From the NCBI RefSeq assembly GCF_003918875.1, contig NW_025767346.1:2728001-2792000 (forward strand): a DNA stretch of 64,000 nucleotides. The letters are read 5' to 3'. Positions within the stretch are counted from its first letter, which is position 1; each line of letters opens with the position of its first letter. This DNA comes from Haliotis rubra (Eukaryota). The notes beneath the pieces are model-generated. The model did not search any database. It was not told where the DNA came from and was given only the letters and a program-made list of their open reading frames with translations. Made by a program: the position numbers and the translations under genes. Positions 1 through 12,898 of the stretch are shown here, one piece after another.

Positions 1-929
1 GTGAAACGATATGATTGTATAAACAAATGAATCTATTTGCAAATGATACTTCCAAAATGATATGATCTCATTTTATCATGTCATGTTTAGAGTTATGGAA
101 GGACAGCACTTTCACCTCATGTGTTAAACAACATGGCATTATTATATCCAGAATTGAGAGAAGAATGGCAGTATGTAATAAGGACTGGATCCAGAAGCAA
201 AATATCAAAACAATGTACACAATGTAATACCTTTGCTAATGTTAACTATAACCATATCATCCTAAACTGTGGGTATGTACTTGTGCTGTGGTACTGTGGA
301 TATGTGGGGAGGGAGACAAAGAGATGCATTTTTTTCAGCTGTAATCGATAATCTTGATGCTGTATTGTATGTCAAAATAGAGGTGATGGAAGAGCATGAC
401 ATTCTAGCATTATTTCTATATCTCAACCAAATTGATGAAGTAACATGATATTTTACTATCTTACTGTTAATAGTTGTATATACAGGGGAAAATGTTCCTA
501 CAATCTATATATATTTGTGTGTGTGTGTGTGTGTGTGTGTCTGTTTTGAGTATTCTGTTACGTAATTATTAATTTACATGAGTATGATGTTTTAAGGATC
601 TTCGGGCCTATCTGGAGGAAATAATTTTCATGCATTCATTCATTGATTCCACTTCATTTCATTCCACGTCATTTGATTCAATGCCTTCCTTGAGAGCTAT
701 TATCAACTAACGTTCCCAACATGCTCGTACATGGCTGTGTCTGTTTGTCAACATATTTCTGTTTACAGGCGTGGCTACTGGTCATTTGGCAATAAATGGT
801 AAATCGGACGGTTTAGTAACATTGTATTCAATAGCTTCATCATCGCGCTATTTACGTCTTGAACACCAAATGCCACCAATGAAATAGGTGATATTTTCTT
901 TTGGGGTGAAACTGCAGAAATATGCAATT

Positions 930-1505
930 ATCATCATCATTCATCATCATTTATTCCGTATAGATGGCCAAATGAGGCCAGCAGTACAACATGTGAAAAC
1001 TATGAGTGAACATACATACTGCGCCACAAGCAAAATTCTTTTGAATTTAACATATATCATTTACATAATTTCTTAGTTTAAACACCATTTCAATGAAAAT
1101 ACATGTACAAAGGTTAAATACCTTAACATTGGTGAAAAGGTAAATCGGGGTATACATACTTGAGTGGTAATAATAATAGGCTGGAATGTATTTGATGCGC
1201 AAATCGTTTGAAGCTGGGCATACCAGAATAACATGATGTTCATCTGCTATCTGTGTTTTACAATAAGAACAAGATGTGCCTGATTTTTTATAATATCTAT
1301 AGAAATTCATATTGAAACCATGCATATTACAACGCAGCTTTGTCAGGCATCTCCGTAGACCGGCATTATTGATAGATAAATATTGCTCAGGATAGTAGTC
1401 CTGTTTACTCATAGAATAACATTTAAGAGAGTTTGATATGGATAATTCATTGCTCCACTCTTGGAAATATTCATCTTTACATCGTTGCTGAAACAAAACA
1501 TGCAA
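930..1505 (-). mobile_element. Non-LTR retrotransposon (LINE) 3' fragment
   Basis: ORF2 C-terminal CxxC...DEHHVILVCP...DLR motif followed by an (ATG)n-like tail. Confidence 0.75.
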
Positions 1506-2338
1506 TTATGCGTAGTAGTAAATGGGGTTGAGTGATGTACCAGGAACATAGCCAAAGAAATCAAGATCCCCAGGACAGTATTTTTACAGTCGTGAGCCAC
1601 GTGACCTCCGACAGCACGTGAAAGGCTTTGTATGTCAGAGTTACTACTCTCTTTCAGTTTGGTTTGTGAGCAAGCATATATAAGATAATATAAGAGTGAG
1701 TGAGTTAAAACTTAAAGTCACATCGGCAGTATTTCAGCCATATCGTGTTTAAGAAAGTTGTAAATTTATAAATGAATAAAAGCAAAGTTAGATATTATAC
1801 TTACCTGTCTGACAATAAAACAACTACGTTATTAGAGAAATGAATTTAAAACTAGTAATTAAATCTAAATTGTTTAACTATAAATGACAACACAATGAGA
1901 GCTTATATTATTAAAGAGATACTTCATAGTTCATGATTTGAAATAGTTATCCCTTGTGATGGAATATCAGATGATATATGAAGAATTACGCTGCACGTGC
2001 GTTACCGGTATGGACATCTTGAAACATAATTTCATTAAGCGTGCCAATAATGCAGGATCTCTCTTATAGTTTGTCTATGAAAACTGGTCTAATGAATATG
2101 CCGCCCTGTAGCCACCCTGTAGCCACCCTGTAGCCACCCTTGTTTTTGACATTTCTCTTGATCATAGTATTATTCAAATGCGTCATTTGCGTCATCGTTC
2201 CAGGAGCCAAGAAATTCAGACGTGCCAGTAATGTCTAAATAGGTGCATCTTCCATCAATTAATGTTTTGAAGCATCCATACGTAACTAATATGTGAATTA
2301 TTTATGATATTTTACTGTAACCAGCGATTAAAAACAGA

Positions 2339-2777
2339 CACGCTGATTGTAGGGGTGAGGGCACGCTGCTGGTAGGGGTGAGGACGCGCTGATTGTAGGG
2401 GTGAGGGCACGCTGCTTGTAGGGGTGAGGACACGCTGCTTGTAGGGGTGAGGGCATGCTGCTGGTGGGGGTGAGGGCACGCTGCTTGTAGAGGTGAGGGC
2501 ATGCTGCTTGTAGGGGTGAGGGCACGCTGCTTGTAGGGGTGAGGGCACGCTGCTGGTGGGGGTGAGGGCACGCTGCTTGTAGGGGTGAGGGCACGCTGCT
2601 GGTGGGGGTGAGGGCACGCTGCTTGTAGGGGTGAGGGCATGCTGCTGGTGGGGGTGAGGGCACGCTGTTTGTAGGGGTGAGGGCACGCTGCTTGTAGGGG
2701 TGAGTGCATGCTGATTGTAGGGGCGAGGGCAAGCTGTCGGTAGGGGTGAGGGCACGCTGCTTGTAGGGGTGAGGGCA
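2339..2777. repeat. 23-bp G-rich minisatellite (acgctgcttgtaggggtgagggc), ~19 copies
   Basis: Direct tandem periodicity; accounts for the three overlapping minus-strand Pro-rich ORFs. Confidence 0.95.
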
Positions 2778-2977
2778 CTTTATTATAAGAATGGGCAGCT
2801 GAATACAGGAACCACAAATCCACAAGAATATCACCATGCAACATTTGAAATGTCATAAATGAACAGGTAAAAATCGTCCATCCTAGTAAATTGGTTATGT
2901 ACAATAACAAATAGGTCATAACCATATTTAACTGGTTGCATACAATAAAATATATTCAATATCACAAATACACAAAT

Positions 2978-3129
2978 ATAGATTACTTAACGAGTGTATG
3001 TCAGATACCATTTATCTTAGAAGGAGTTGTTTCAAAACGTATTTTACGAGCGTTAGCCATTTAAATACGTTTTGAAACAAAAAGTTGTAAGATAAATGTC
3101 ATCTGACAGACACTCGTTAAGTATTCTGT
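2978..3129. repeat. ~150-bp imperfect palindrome (MITE-like); duplicate at 32681-32834
   Basis: Arms acttaacgagtgt.tgtcagat..catttatctta...tttcaaaacgtattt and its reverse complement. Confidence 0.8.
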
Positions 3130-4342
3130 TTCTTACACACCATTAAATCGCACCATTTTATGGTCGAATAGATTCATGTTCCATATTTTTCTCATCGTAG
3201 CTGCGCAATAATACACGACACAGCGTTTATGAATGAGTGACGTCATTTGGCTTCCTAATCACTACTCATCCTCAAGGTGACCTCCACAAAAACGTTCCTG
3301 CCACATCTTTGCGTCATCAAGGCAATAGTGGTGATGCAAACTAGGTAAGATCACAGAAAATTAATTAAACACTCTAAAACAATGATGTTACCATGTAAAT
3401 GTGGATGATTTTAAGTCTTGCAAGCATAAAATATTTGAGCGTGTGACGTCATCTTTATCGTTTGGTGGTTGTCGTCATCGGAAGATTGTTTTGGAGATCT
3501 CTGCACATTGGGGATCTGTACTTGTGTACCAGTCTACGTTCAGTGTTCTCCCATCGACCGGAGCTATACCTATTGAGTGCGTGTAATTAGGTGTACGCAG
3601 TGTGCTTGAATGCGACATTGCTGAGGTTACGTTCACTATCAAAGGGGGAGTACTCTTATTCGCCACAGCCTTCTCGTTTTTATACTTTTATTTGCATACT
3701 TGTATAACTACATAAAACACTTTCACCTGATAACAATAAAAATCTGATATGTCTCAATTAACATCACAACTAAAAATAGTTAGTTTGTTGGAGGAGAATT
3801 TCAACATGTACTTACGTGTAGGCATAACACAGATTCTGTCTCAACCATTACAGCATGCAGACACCTGCTATAGTGATAACACCTGTTGAAATCAACACAC
3901 AAGAACAGAGTTTGTCAAAGTAAATCATTGTTATACACTTTTCCTACTGAGGAAGGTTAAACTACTGACTGTGATTTAAGAGAGGAAAAGCTTGAGGCTC
4001 CCTATGACCCATGCTGGGTGTAAGCTATGACTTAAGAGGATTGAGTGGTTAGATGTGTCTCAGTGACAGGATCTGTTTTCTGTTTTAAGGCACGGATTAG
4101 TCTTTAGGTTAGATGTTTTACAGGCCGTTGTTGAAAGCTGAAAAAAATGCTGCTAACTTTGACGGTTCCCGAGCTAACACACACAGTTATCTCAACGTTG
4201 TCGGATTGTTGTTCATTGGTAACGTCATGATACAACGGCGATACGTCTCAACATGACATACATACGTTGTCAAAACGTCGCACATAGACTATTACACAAC
4301 GTTAAGTCACTAAACGTTTGTGAAACGGTAATGCGACTTAAA

Positions 4343-6090
4343 CTGTGAAGATTCAAGTAGGTCTCACTAAACCTGGGGACATTACAGTGAATACCTGTGA
4401 AGACATTCAAGTTGGTCTCACTAAACCTGGGGATATTACAGTGAATACCTGTGAAAACATTCAAGTTGGTCTCACTAAACCTGGGAATATTACAGTGAAT
4501 ACACGTGAAAACATTCAAGTAGGTCTCACTAAACCTTGAGATATTACAGTGAATACCTGTGAAGACATGCAAGTTGGTCTCACTAAACCTGGAGATATTA
4601 CAGTGAATACCTGTGAAGACATTGAAATTGGTCTCACTAAACCTGGGGATATTACAGTGAATACCTGTGAAGACATTTAAGTTGGTCTCACTAAACCTGG
4701 GGATATTGCAGTGAATACCTGTGAAGACATTTAAGTTGGTCTCACCTAACCTGGGGATATGACAGTGAATACCTGTGAAGACATTCAAGTTGGTCTCCCT
4801 AAACCCGGTGATATGACAGTGAATACCTGTGAAGACATTCAAATTGGTCTCACTAAAACGGGGGGTAAGAAAGTGAATACCTGTGAAGACATTCAAGTTG
4901 GTCTCACTTAACCTGGGCATATTACAGTGAATACCTGTGAAGACATTCAAGTTGGTCTCACTAAACCTGGGGATATTACAGTGAATACCTGTGAGGACAT
5001 TTAAGTTGGTCTCATTAAACCTGGGGATATTACAGTGAATACCTGTGAAGACATTCAAGATGGGCTCACTAAACTTGGGGATATTACAGTGAATACCTGT
5101 GAAGACATTGAAATTGGTCTCACTAAACCTGGGGATATTACAGTGAATACCTGTGAAGACATTTAAGTTGGTCTCACTAAACCTGGGGATATTGCAGTGA
5201 ATACCTGTGAAGACATTTATGTTGGTCTCACTTAACCTGGGGATATGACAGTGAATACCTGTGAAGACATTCAAGTTGGTCTCCCTAAACCCGGTGATAT
5301 GATAGTGAATACCTGTGAAGACATTGAAGTTGGTCTCACTAAACCTGGGGATATTACAGTGAATACCTGTGAAGACATTGAAATTGGTCTCACTAAACCT
5401 GGGGATATTACAGTGAATACCTGTGAGGACATTTAAGTTGGTCTCTTTAAACCTGGGGATATTACAGTGAATACCTTTGAAGACATTCAAGGTGGGCTCA
5501 CTAAACCTTGAGATATTACAGTGAATGCCTGTGAAGACATTGAAATTGGTCTCACTAAACCTGGGCATATTACAGTGAATACATATAATACTTGGTCTCA
5601 CTTAACCTGAGGATATGACAGTGAATACCTGTGAAGACATTCAAGTTGGTCTCACTAAACATGGGGATAATACAGTGAATACCTGTGAAGACATTCAAGT
5701 TGGTCTCCCTAAACCTGGGGGTATGACAGTGAATACCTGTGAAGACATTCAAGTTGGTCTCACTCAACCTAGGGATAATACAGTGAAGACATTGAAATTG
5801 GTCTCACTAAACCTGAGGATATTGCAGTGAATACCTGTGAAGACATTGAAGTTGGTCTCACTTAACCTGGGGATATTGCAGTGAATACCTGTGAAGACAT
5901 TCAAGTTGGTCTGACTAAAACGGGGGGTAAGACAGTGAATACCTGTGAAGACGTTCAAGTTGGTCTCACTAAACCTGGGGATATTACAGTGAATACCTGT
6001 GAAGACATTCAAGTTGGTCTCCCTAAACCCGGTGATATTACAGTGAATACCTGTGAAGAGATTCAAATTGGTCTCACCAAACCTTGGAGT
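4343..6090. repeat. 54-bp minisatellite, ~32 copies
   Basis: Unit gtgaatacctgtgaagacattcaagttggtctcactaaacctggggatattaca. Confidence 0.95.
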
Positions 6091-6799
6091 ATGATAGTTC
6101 GCACTGTTCACATGCTGACCATTGACCTGCAACTGTTGATTATAGTTGTTCTCCAATTTCACATAGCGTTATCACAGCAACGATACCATAATATTTTACG
6201 AAAAAAAGTAGCTATGATATTGTCGACAGTGGTGCAACTAATTATCTATTTGCTTGTAAATCAAAATCAGGAAGTACAATAGTCTGTTCCTAATTTCCCC
6301 ATACCTACCGCTACATCAACAATGTCATCACGACTTACATCTCCTTTATACTGTTGACCCAGTATCATGTTGGTGTGTCTGTTCATCCAGAAACCTAACA
6401 ATGAACTATAAATATATTTACAACACGCCTCACACACTCCCATAGCTTGTGCATTCAACAAGGAAGTATTTTGCACCGGTCGGATTTCTAATGGCGTTTT
6501 ACTTCATGTCCAGGAGTAGTAGATATACTGGGGGTACGAGATCACTTTTCAAGAAAGGTCGTTGTAAAGCTTTATTTCACCAATAAAGCTTTTTTCAGGC
6601 GCTTAGATCTCGCCCCAATCGTATATACTACTTTTGTATCAGTTAACTTCCCGGCCACACGTGACACTATTGTGCCACGCCTGTCACTATGACTGTGATC
6701 CTGATCACGTGGCGCTATCATGATAGTTCTATGTCGTGTTGACAGGATACTATTGGGATTACTTGGTAAGGTAAGTGTTAAATATTTTGCTTGGGGGGT

Positions 6800-8027
6800 A
6801 ACATTGTGCTGTATGGTATGATCAATAATTCCTCTCTAACAAAACCTCTCCCTGGCCCATCTCTCAAGTAGTACAAGTTTTGACTGACCATATCGGATCG
6901 GTGGCTCGTTTCCGAGTGTCCCCTTCATGTTGCCCCAGCTGGTAGAGGTACCTCACGGGGCACTATCGGGTATCTGTTTCTCCTTCCCACACATTGGTGC
7001 AGCCGACTCAGCCACTACTGATTTCAGTTTGATAGCGTCGGCTGGTTTCTTGCCAGTGAGCCGAGTGGTTTTGTGGTTGATAGCCAACACCACTTGAGGT
7101 AGCCGCGCTACCCATTCCGTCGATCGTTTTCCCGGGTTTGCCATCTCTCTCGCATACTGATGCCTGAATAAGCGCTCGGACAAAGTCCTATTGAATCTCT
7201 CAACTATGGCTAGGCTGTGATGGGCTCCGGCCGTGCCACGCCTGACCTGGACGCTGTGTTTGTCTAGCAGGTGTGACACGGCACCCATGAACTCCCGCCC
7301 GGGGTCGACTTGCAGCTCTGTTGGCCACGCCAGCGGACTGCGCTGGTATATGCGTTCGAATCCGCGGGCTACCTGGGCCGAATCTTTTGCGGTCAACGGT
7401 CCGGCTTCCCTGAAGCGGCTGGCCACGTCCACGACAGATAGGGCATACTTGTACCTCCTGTCGTGGGGTAGGAACAGGAGGTCGGCCTGGTGAATGCTAT
7501 TGAGTGCGGTAATGCCAAATTTCCTTCTAGGCACGTAGCGTGGTGCCGGTAAATAGATCTGCCACAGGGCTTGTTTTTCAAGCCACGCTTTGGCCTCGTC
7601 CAGGGGTACTCGCGCCATTTTAGCCAGCTTATGTACGGCGCTAGCTCCTTTCCAGTACCCATGCGGGCTGTAGTAATTAGCCTCAAACTCTGGTTCCGTG
7701 AGTGAGTGAGTGAGGTAATATTTAACGTCACATCAGCAATATTTCAGCCATATCGTGACCAGAATATTTGATATTGAAAAACAATATATATATATATATA
7801 TATAGATATTATAAACACCTGCCGACAAAGGACAGTAAAGCAACTGGAGTATCACAGATATATATGTAAAACTAGTAATTGAATCTAAAACATTTTAACT
7901 ATAGGGGACAACACAATATAAAGATAGGCTATAGATTGCCAACAACTGAAGGTAGATCACCATACTAGGGGCCATGGGGACTTTTGCTACCTGCATGGAC
8001 CCTAGCTGGATTCTGGTTCTGTGACAT
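6800..8027 (-). pseudogene. Polinton retroviral-like (rve) integrase, disrupted
   Basis: Motifs YYSPHGYWKG, HQADLLFLPHD, YALSVVDVASR, LQVDPGREF, IVERFNRTL and C-terminal RATDPIWS / RGFVREEL. Frameshifts, plus a retroposon insertion near the start codon. Confidence 0.88.
7702..8011 (-). mobile_element. 5'-truncated (TCAC)n-tailed retroposon inserted in the integrase gene
   Basis: 13-bp TSD tctggttc(c/t)gtga at 7689-7701 and 8012-8024. Same family as 1693-1893 and 30648-31195. Confidence 0.82.
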
Positions 8028-8061
8028 GTCGCCCCGACAGGGTATCGTATTTATATATACA

Positions 8062-10425
8062 CCTATGTTCTTGGTTCAATTTTCTCATGCCCGTACGCGT
8101 ACTTGTTGATACCATCGATGGCTATCCAACGCTTTGTGTCCATCGGGACGTCTTGTTTATAGTCAGTCCGTTTATCCTTTGCCCGTCGCTTCTAAGCGTG
8201 TTCATTTTATGCCTGAAGGTGCGGGTCTTGAACAGGGCTTCCTTGAATCTGGCGTGTTTGATGTGTTGTTTCACATGGAGTACATCTTGGGCCTCAAGCC
8301 TATGTACTCAGCTATGGGCGTGCCAGCACACTCGTCCTTCATCTTACCGCGGAACTTTTTATTTACCGTGCTGTGTATGGCATGGTCCTTGGGGTAGTTG
8401 CTGGTGTCGTACAAATCGAGGCGTTTCTTCATGTCCTCGTACACGTCCTGGGTTCGAATCTCCATCAGCAGGGAATCAGTGTCCGTGTACAGCACTTCAC
8501 ACCTGTCGCCGTACTGTTTCTTGAGCTCATTGTACTAAAAGTCGTACATCAGGTGTTTGGATAAATCAAGGATGCTAATCCCCACGTAAACAGGCCGGTT
8601 GAATTTGATGTGGCTTTTCTTCATGTGTAGGGCCACCAGGTCGTCGGTGAATATCTTGCTCCAGTTGAATGCCGGGCTGGCTATCAGTTTCCTGAGCTTC
8701 CTCTTTCGCCCGAACCAGCTTCACAGTCATGCGTTTCCTCAGGTTCTCCATTGTCTTACCAAACACCGAGTCGTTCATGAGCTTGTAGAGGTTTTCTCAA
8801 AGTCACTGGTGGCCAGCTTTCGCAGGTCCGTGTTCATTCTGATATAGGGCTTCATCCAGGGGCTCTGGTTGAACACGAACACCCTGTGTATTTTGGTCAG
8901 CCCCATACCCAACGACAGGTACAGCTGTAGGTTGTGATAGTGAACGATGTACTTGATCTGATACATTAAGTTGGGCACAAGTTATGTTGGTACTCAGACA
9001 TCCAGTCCAGGTTAACCCTCATACGTTCGGGGGCCAGGAGGTAGCTGTTGTGTGATGTGTGCAATGCCTTGGGGTATTCCAAGTCCACTTTGAGGATATA
9101 GCCTTTGTTCGAATCCGGCGCGATGCTCATAACATTGATCTTGGGCGATGCCCATTCGAATCCCCCTGTAGGCAGATACTGGCTCATGGCCCAGCCGTTG
9201 TTGGCATCGAGGTACAGGATGTGATTGGTTGGCTTGCTCGAGTCGTAGCCCTTCATGTATTGATTATTTGCTTTCGCGTACCGTTTGGTAGCCATGGAGA
9301 TCCAACCTGGCAAGTCTTTCTCAATGAACAGGTGCATGTCATAATCGGTGAGCAATTCCAGCTTAACTCCGGTTTTCTCCAGCAAGGCATCCCAAGATAG
9401 ACCTGGGCTGGTGTAGTACCATGCGGGGTCGAGTTGATACTGCTTAAAAGACGTCCGCCTAAACGTCTCGAACACGTTGGCTAGCAGGAGTACATCTGTT
9501 CTCAAGTACAGGTCGTGGTAGTCACCCAGATTCTTACAGCCCAGTTTATTCCATACGTTAATCGCATGCGAGTAATCGTCTTGAGTGATTGTCAAGTCGG
9601 TCAGGTTGCTGTAAAATCGGGTGATAGGAGGCAGTCGGGTCTCGGCGAACTTGGCCCAGCCATTCATGTACTCGTAGGAGTACACGCCCTTCCTCATCAG
9701 CAGGTGTCGAGTCTCAGCATCAGTGTATCGGTCTGTGATGGGGAAGGTATCGTTGGCCTTGACCAGACTGTCGAGTTATGACAGGAGGAACTGAACCGAG
9801 TCGATGAACCTCAGACCATTCAAGCTGAAGGAGATGTATCTCTCCATGTTGTTGGGGATGCACGTCAGGTTGCCGTCGACTTTCGCGATGGCCTGCATGA
9901 TCAAGTGATCAAGTTGTGAAGACCACGGGGATGTTTATTGTCTTGGGGGTGATTCTGAGCTTGAGGTTGCACGCGTTGTGAGCGGCGCCTTTATACTTAC
10001 CGGTGACATGGCAGTGATTTCTCACCGAATCGCCGTTCAGCGGTTTATCACACACGTGGCAGTGAGTGCTGCAGCCGTGAGCTAGCCAGTCGGCTTGAGT
10101 CATACGCATGGGAGCGACTGTACGCAGCGCATTCCTGAGAGCTTTCTCTTCCTCCTGCAAACACTTTAGAAACTTTTCAGCCGCGTCGGGACCCCTGTAC
10201 ACTACGGGAGCTTTCGTTTCCCCATCACACCGGACGACCACGTATCCAAACCCAGAGGCCTCGTGCTCCTGTGTTTTTAGTGTGCCTGGGGTACCCCCCA
10301 GCAGCCTCAACGTGTTTGACCAAGGCTTGGAAGTCGGCATAGATGACATAAGGCACGGACATCTGGTTCTTGTGGTTGTCGAATTTTAGGATATTGTCGC
10401 CTTCCTTAGGCATGTCGACTCGTAT
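8062..10425 (-). pseudogene. Protein-primed family B DNA polymerase with endonuclease VII-like Zn motif, fragmented and N-terminally truncated
   Basis: Motifs VIYADF (ExoI), CHVC...VRNHCHVTGKYKGAAHNACN, RKGVYSYEY, YLRTDVLLL, LYLDANN, MNDSVFGKTMEN, LYTDTDS, KMKDE, GLRPKMYS, spread over several frames. Confidence 0.93.
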
Positions 10426-10632
10426 GCATCAGGTTGTTGAACCAAGCATGGACTACCTTAGCGTTAGTCACCGAAAACCTATACCTGGCAAATACATCCA
10501 TAAACTGGGTGACAAAATACAACTCATCAGCGACCACGATCTTCATATTCGTGAAGTCTATGTCCATCTTACGGTAAAACACTCCAGGCTTGTACATTTT
10601 GAAAGTATTATATAATGGGTATATACTCTAAC

Positions 10633-11189
10633 ATGTACGTAACACTTCCAGGAATAATGAGCGGTGAGGCCGATCAGCTGATGCATGCGATCGATAACAC
10701 ATCGGGTCAACAAGTCACACTCTGCGATATCACCTACCTGCCGTGATGGACCAACATCAACGCCAGCAATAATAAGCTGTTCGTCAGTGGCGCCCGCAAC
10801 CAGATAACCGACGGTTACTACAGCAAGTGCTCGCTAAGCAATGAGGTCTTCGAGCCCTTGGGGGCCAAACTCAAGATGAACGACTCAAACGGCACAGTGG
10901 TGTTAACCAACAACAGAATAAATCCCTCGAGGCTCGGTCAGCCATTGGCGAGGACACTCGGGATGTCGGCGGACGAGATAAAACCCGATAAAACTACTGT
11001 CACAGGCACGAAGTTACCGACCCAGTACCGTACCGAGAGCTGTGCATTCATCTCAGTCAGTTGAGCACGACAGACAACATTCAAGGTAGCCACCCTTCCA
11101 ACATCCCTAAGCTGATAATATCGGTGTTAGATATAAAGCATAATCCTGTGAATATAGGATACCTCAGCATAACACTGCACATGAAATGA
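10633..11189 (+). pseudogene. Polinton minor capsid (penton)-like gene, degraded
   Basis: MYVTLP...WTNINASNN...ITDGYYS...IHLSQLSTTDN...ISVLDIKHNPV...ITLHMK* follows the pattern of Polinton minor capsid proteins as recalled. Contains a stop and a frameshift. Confidence 0.55.
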
Positions 11190-12063
11190 CTAGCGCAAAT
11201 TGTACGCCTTGCAACTGAAAAAAACAACATTTACAAACGCGTTGAAGTCCCCTCCATCGGTAGAACCCTAGGTGACATAGTAGATGCCTCAGGAGCAGCC
11301 GTCAACACTCAATTCGACCTAGTCCACATCGGTGATGATAGATGGACGGGTATCCCAATCGTTCGGAGGCAAACTGTTCGACTTAGAACATGTTGATAGC
11401 ACGACCGTCGCCCGAAACAAGCAGTATACCCTCGTCTTCACCGACGATAACAAGTGGGTGTGGTGGCCGTTAAAGTCGACTGGTTTCTCAACATTAGGCC
11501 CGGCTCCACCTATGTGTTCAAGGAGAACAAAGACAACAACCTAAACAAAGTCGTGAATAACGGAACCCTGCTCGTGGCTTACGTCCCGGCTCGGAGACGT
11601 AGCGTAGTCATCAGCCCAGTCTCGAGTGCTACAGCCCACATGCTATCGAGCAAGCCCGGGATGCAAAACGTGTCATTGCAAGTGGTGTCTGAATTCGAAG
11701 GGGTGGTCAACATCCTGGAGAGCCTGCCGGCGAACTCCACACTGGTCATCCAAGTCTACCTAGGGGAACCATCGTGGGATGAAGTCGAAATCGTGAAGGA
11801 AATCAAACTCCGGTGGGTGAAACGGCACCAGTATGAAGTTTGCACTGTTTACGTGCGGGTGGGTGTCGACTCCAAAACCAGTCTGCAGGGGGTCACTGTG
11901 GCCGTGGAAGATGCGATATGCAGGGGGTCACTGTGGCCATGGAAGACACGATATCACTCACCAAGATCTTCCTACCCGACAACATACTCTTCATGGGGGT
12001 GAAGTGCACCCCCTGAGAAATTATCAGAGAACAATTGGAAACTATCTCGTAATAGTATTATAG
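11186..12063 (+). pseudogene. Polinton accessory ORF, possible fibre/spike-like protein, frameshifted
   Basis: N-terminal LxDL/IxD...W repeats (TLGDIVD...DDRW; KLFDLEHVD...DNKW) followed by a beta-rich region. Confidence 0.4.
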
Positions 12064-12064
12064 C

Positions 12065-12810
12065 AATGTCCAATCGGCATCGGCCCAACGCCACACTTAA
12101 CGATCTAGGAGACACGGAGGAATTCGATCTGCCCAGTGAGGAAGACGCCTTGTATGCCCCTCGCTAGAAAGACAACGTGTATACGAGGGCGGCAATGGCC
12201 GAACATCGACCCAACATCACACTCGGGGACCTAGGAGGCATAAAAGGATTCGATCTGCCCGGCTTGGACGGCTTGTACGTCCTGCGCTTACACAATGGTG
12301 TGTACTGGCGGTCGCATCCGCCACCCGACTTTATAGAGCCCAAATGGTTGATCAACATAACCCTCACCGCACCTTATATCTCGTTAAACAAAGATAGGGG
12401 AGGTCTCCGAAATTAGGAACAACGGCATCTTGCTTGGGGTTTTCGTTCTGAAGTATAGGATAAGTACTCAGCTAACACAGGATCACACGAGTAACATGTT
12501 AGTTGCTTTAGGTTTTAATGACGAGTTAAGGTTTGACGTCCCCGATTCCCAGTTGGGCGTTATGACTGTGAAACCAGGTTCCACACTCGCCATAGAAGTC
12601 TGCCTTGGGGTGGTTCTTGATGATACAGAACGACAACTTTTACCCGGGGTGACAATACCCTGGGGCGTCATAGGCAGGACCAACGTTGCCGTATCATCAT
12701 ACAACCGGATCCCTCAACGGGTTCTATAGTCCCCTCAGTAAGATGCCCCCATGATGTTCGTTTGGATGCAGAGTTATTAGCCTCTCATCTATTTCCCTGT
12801 ACGGTGATCT
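12065..12810 (+). pseudogene. Polinton accessory ORF, paralogue of 11186-12063
   Basis: Two ~43-aa tandem repeats (HRPNATLNDLGDTEEFDLP / HRPNITLGDLGGIKGFDLP), then GSTLAIEVCLG matching NSTLVIQVYLG in the preceding ORF. Confidence 0.4.
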
Positions 12811-12898
12811 AAACCTTATAAGCCTCAAATACACTGTTCAAGAATTAAATGTCGCACGATTTAAACATCTTTTTCAGAATATATTATATGCACACAGG

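Larger units (their letters stand above)
2204..3903 (+). pseudogene. Decayed remnant of the receptor family (two cytoplasmic exon homologues)
   Basis: 2204-2238 resembles exon 20034-20076 but its donor reads ATAGGT. 3854-3903 resembles exon 20461-20513 with the donor lost. Flanking intron sequence 3820-4150 matches 20430-20740. No terminal tyrosine exon follows. Confidence 0.6.
1..4340 (+). repeat. Segmental duplication, copy 1 (partner 28176-33900)
   Basis: Collinear high similarity starting gtgaaacga(t/c)atgattgtataa. Both copies share the LINE fragments, GT microsatellite, 23-bp minisatellite and palindrome. Confidence 0.92.

Noticed and set aside
2302-2925. Pro-rich mucin/extensin-like ORFs here and at 31655-32628
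   Set aside because: All three minus frames are open because of the 23-bp minisatellite, whose unit is not a multiple of 3.
3475-3884. Possible minus-strand spliced gene or Crypton-like remnant (ORF 3475-3666 with nearby splice-like sites)
   Set aside because: The duplicate copy has a deletion through it, no catalytic motif is recognisable, and part overlaps a plus-strand exon remnant. The evidence is too weak.
4270-5601. 443-aa repeat ORF as a real protein, or the array as a CRISPR
   Set aside because: It is a by-product of a 54-bp tandem unit. There are no unique spacers, no cas genes, and the context is eukaryotic.
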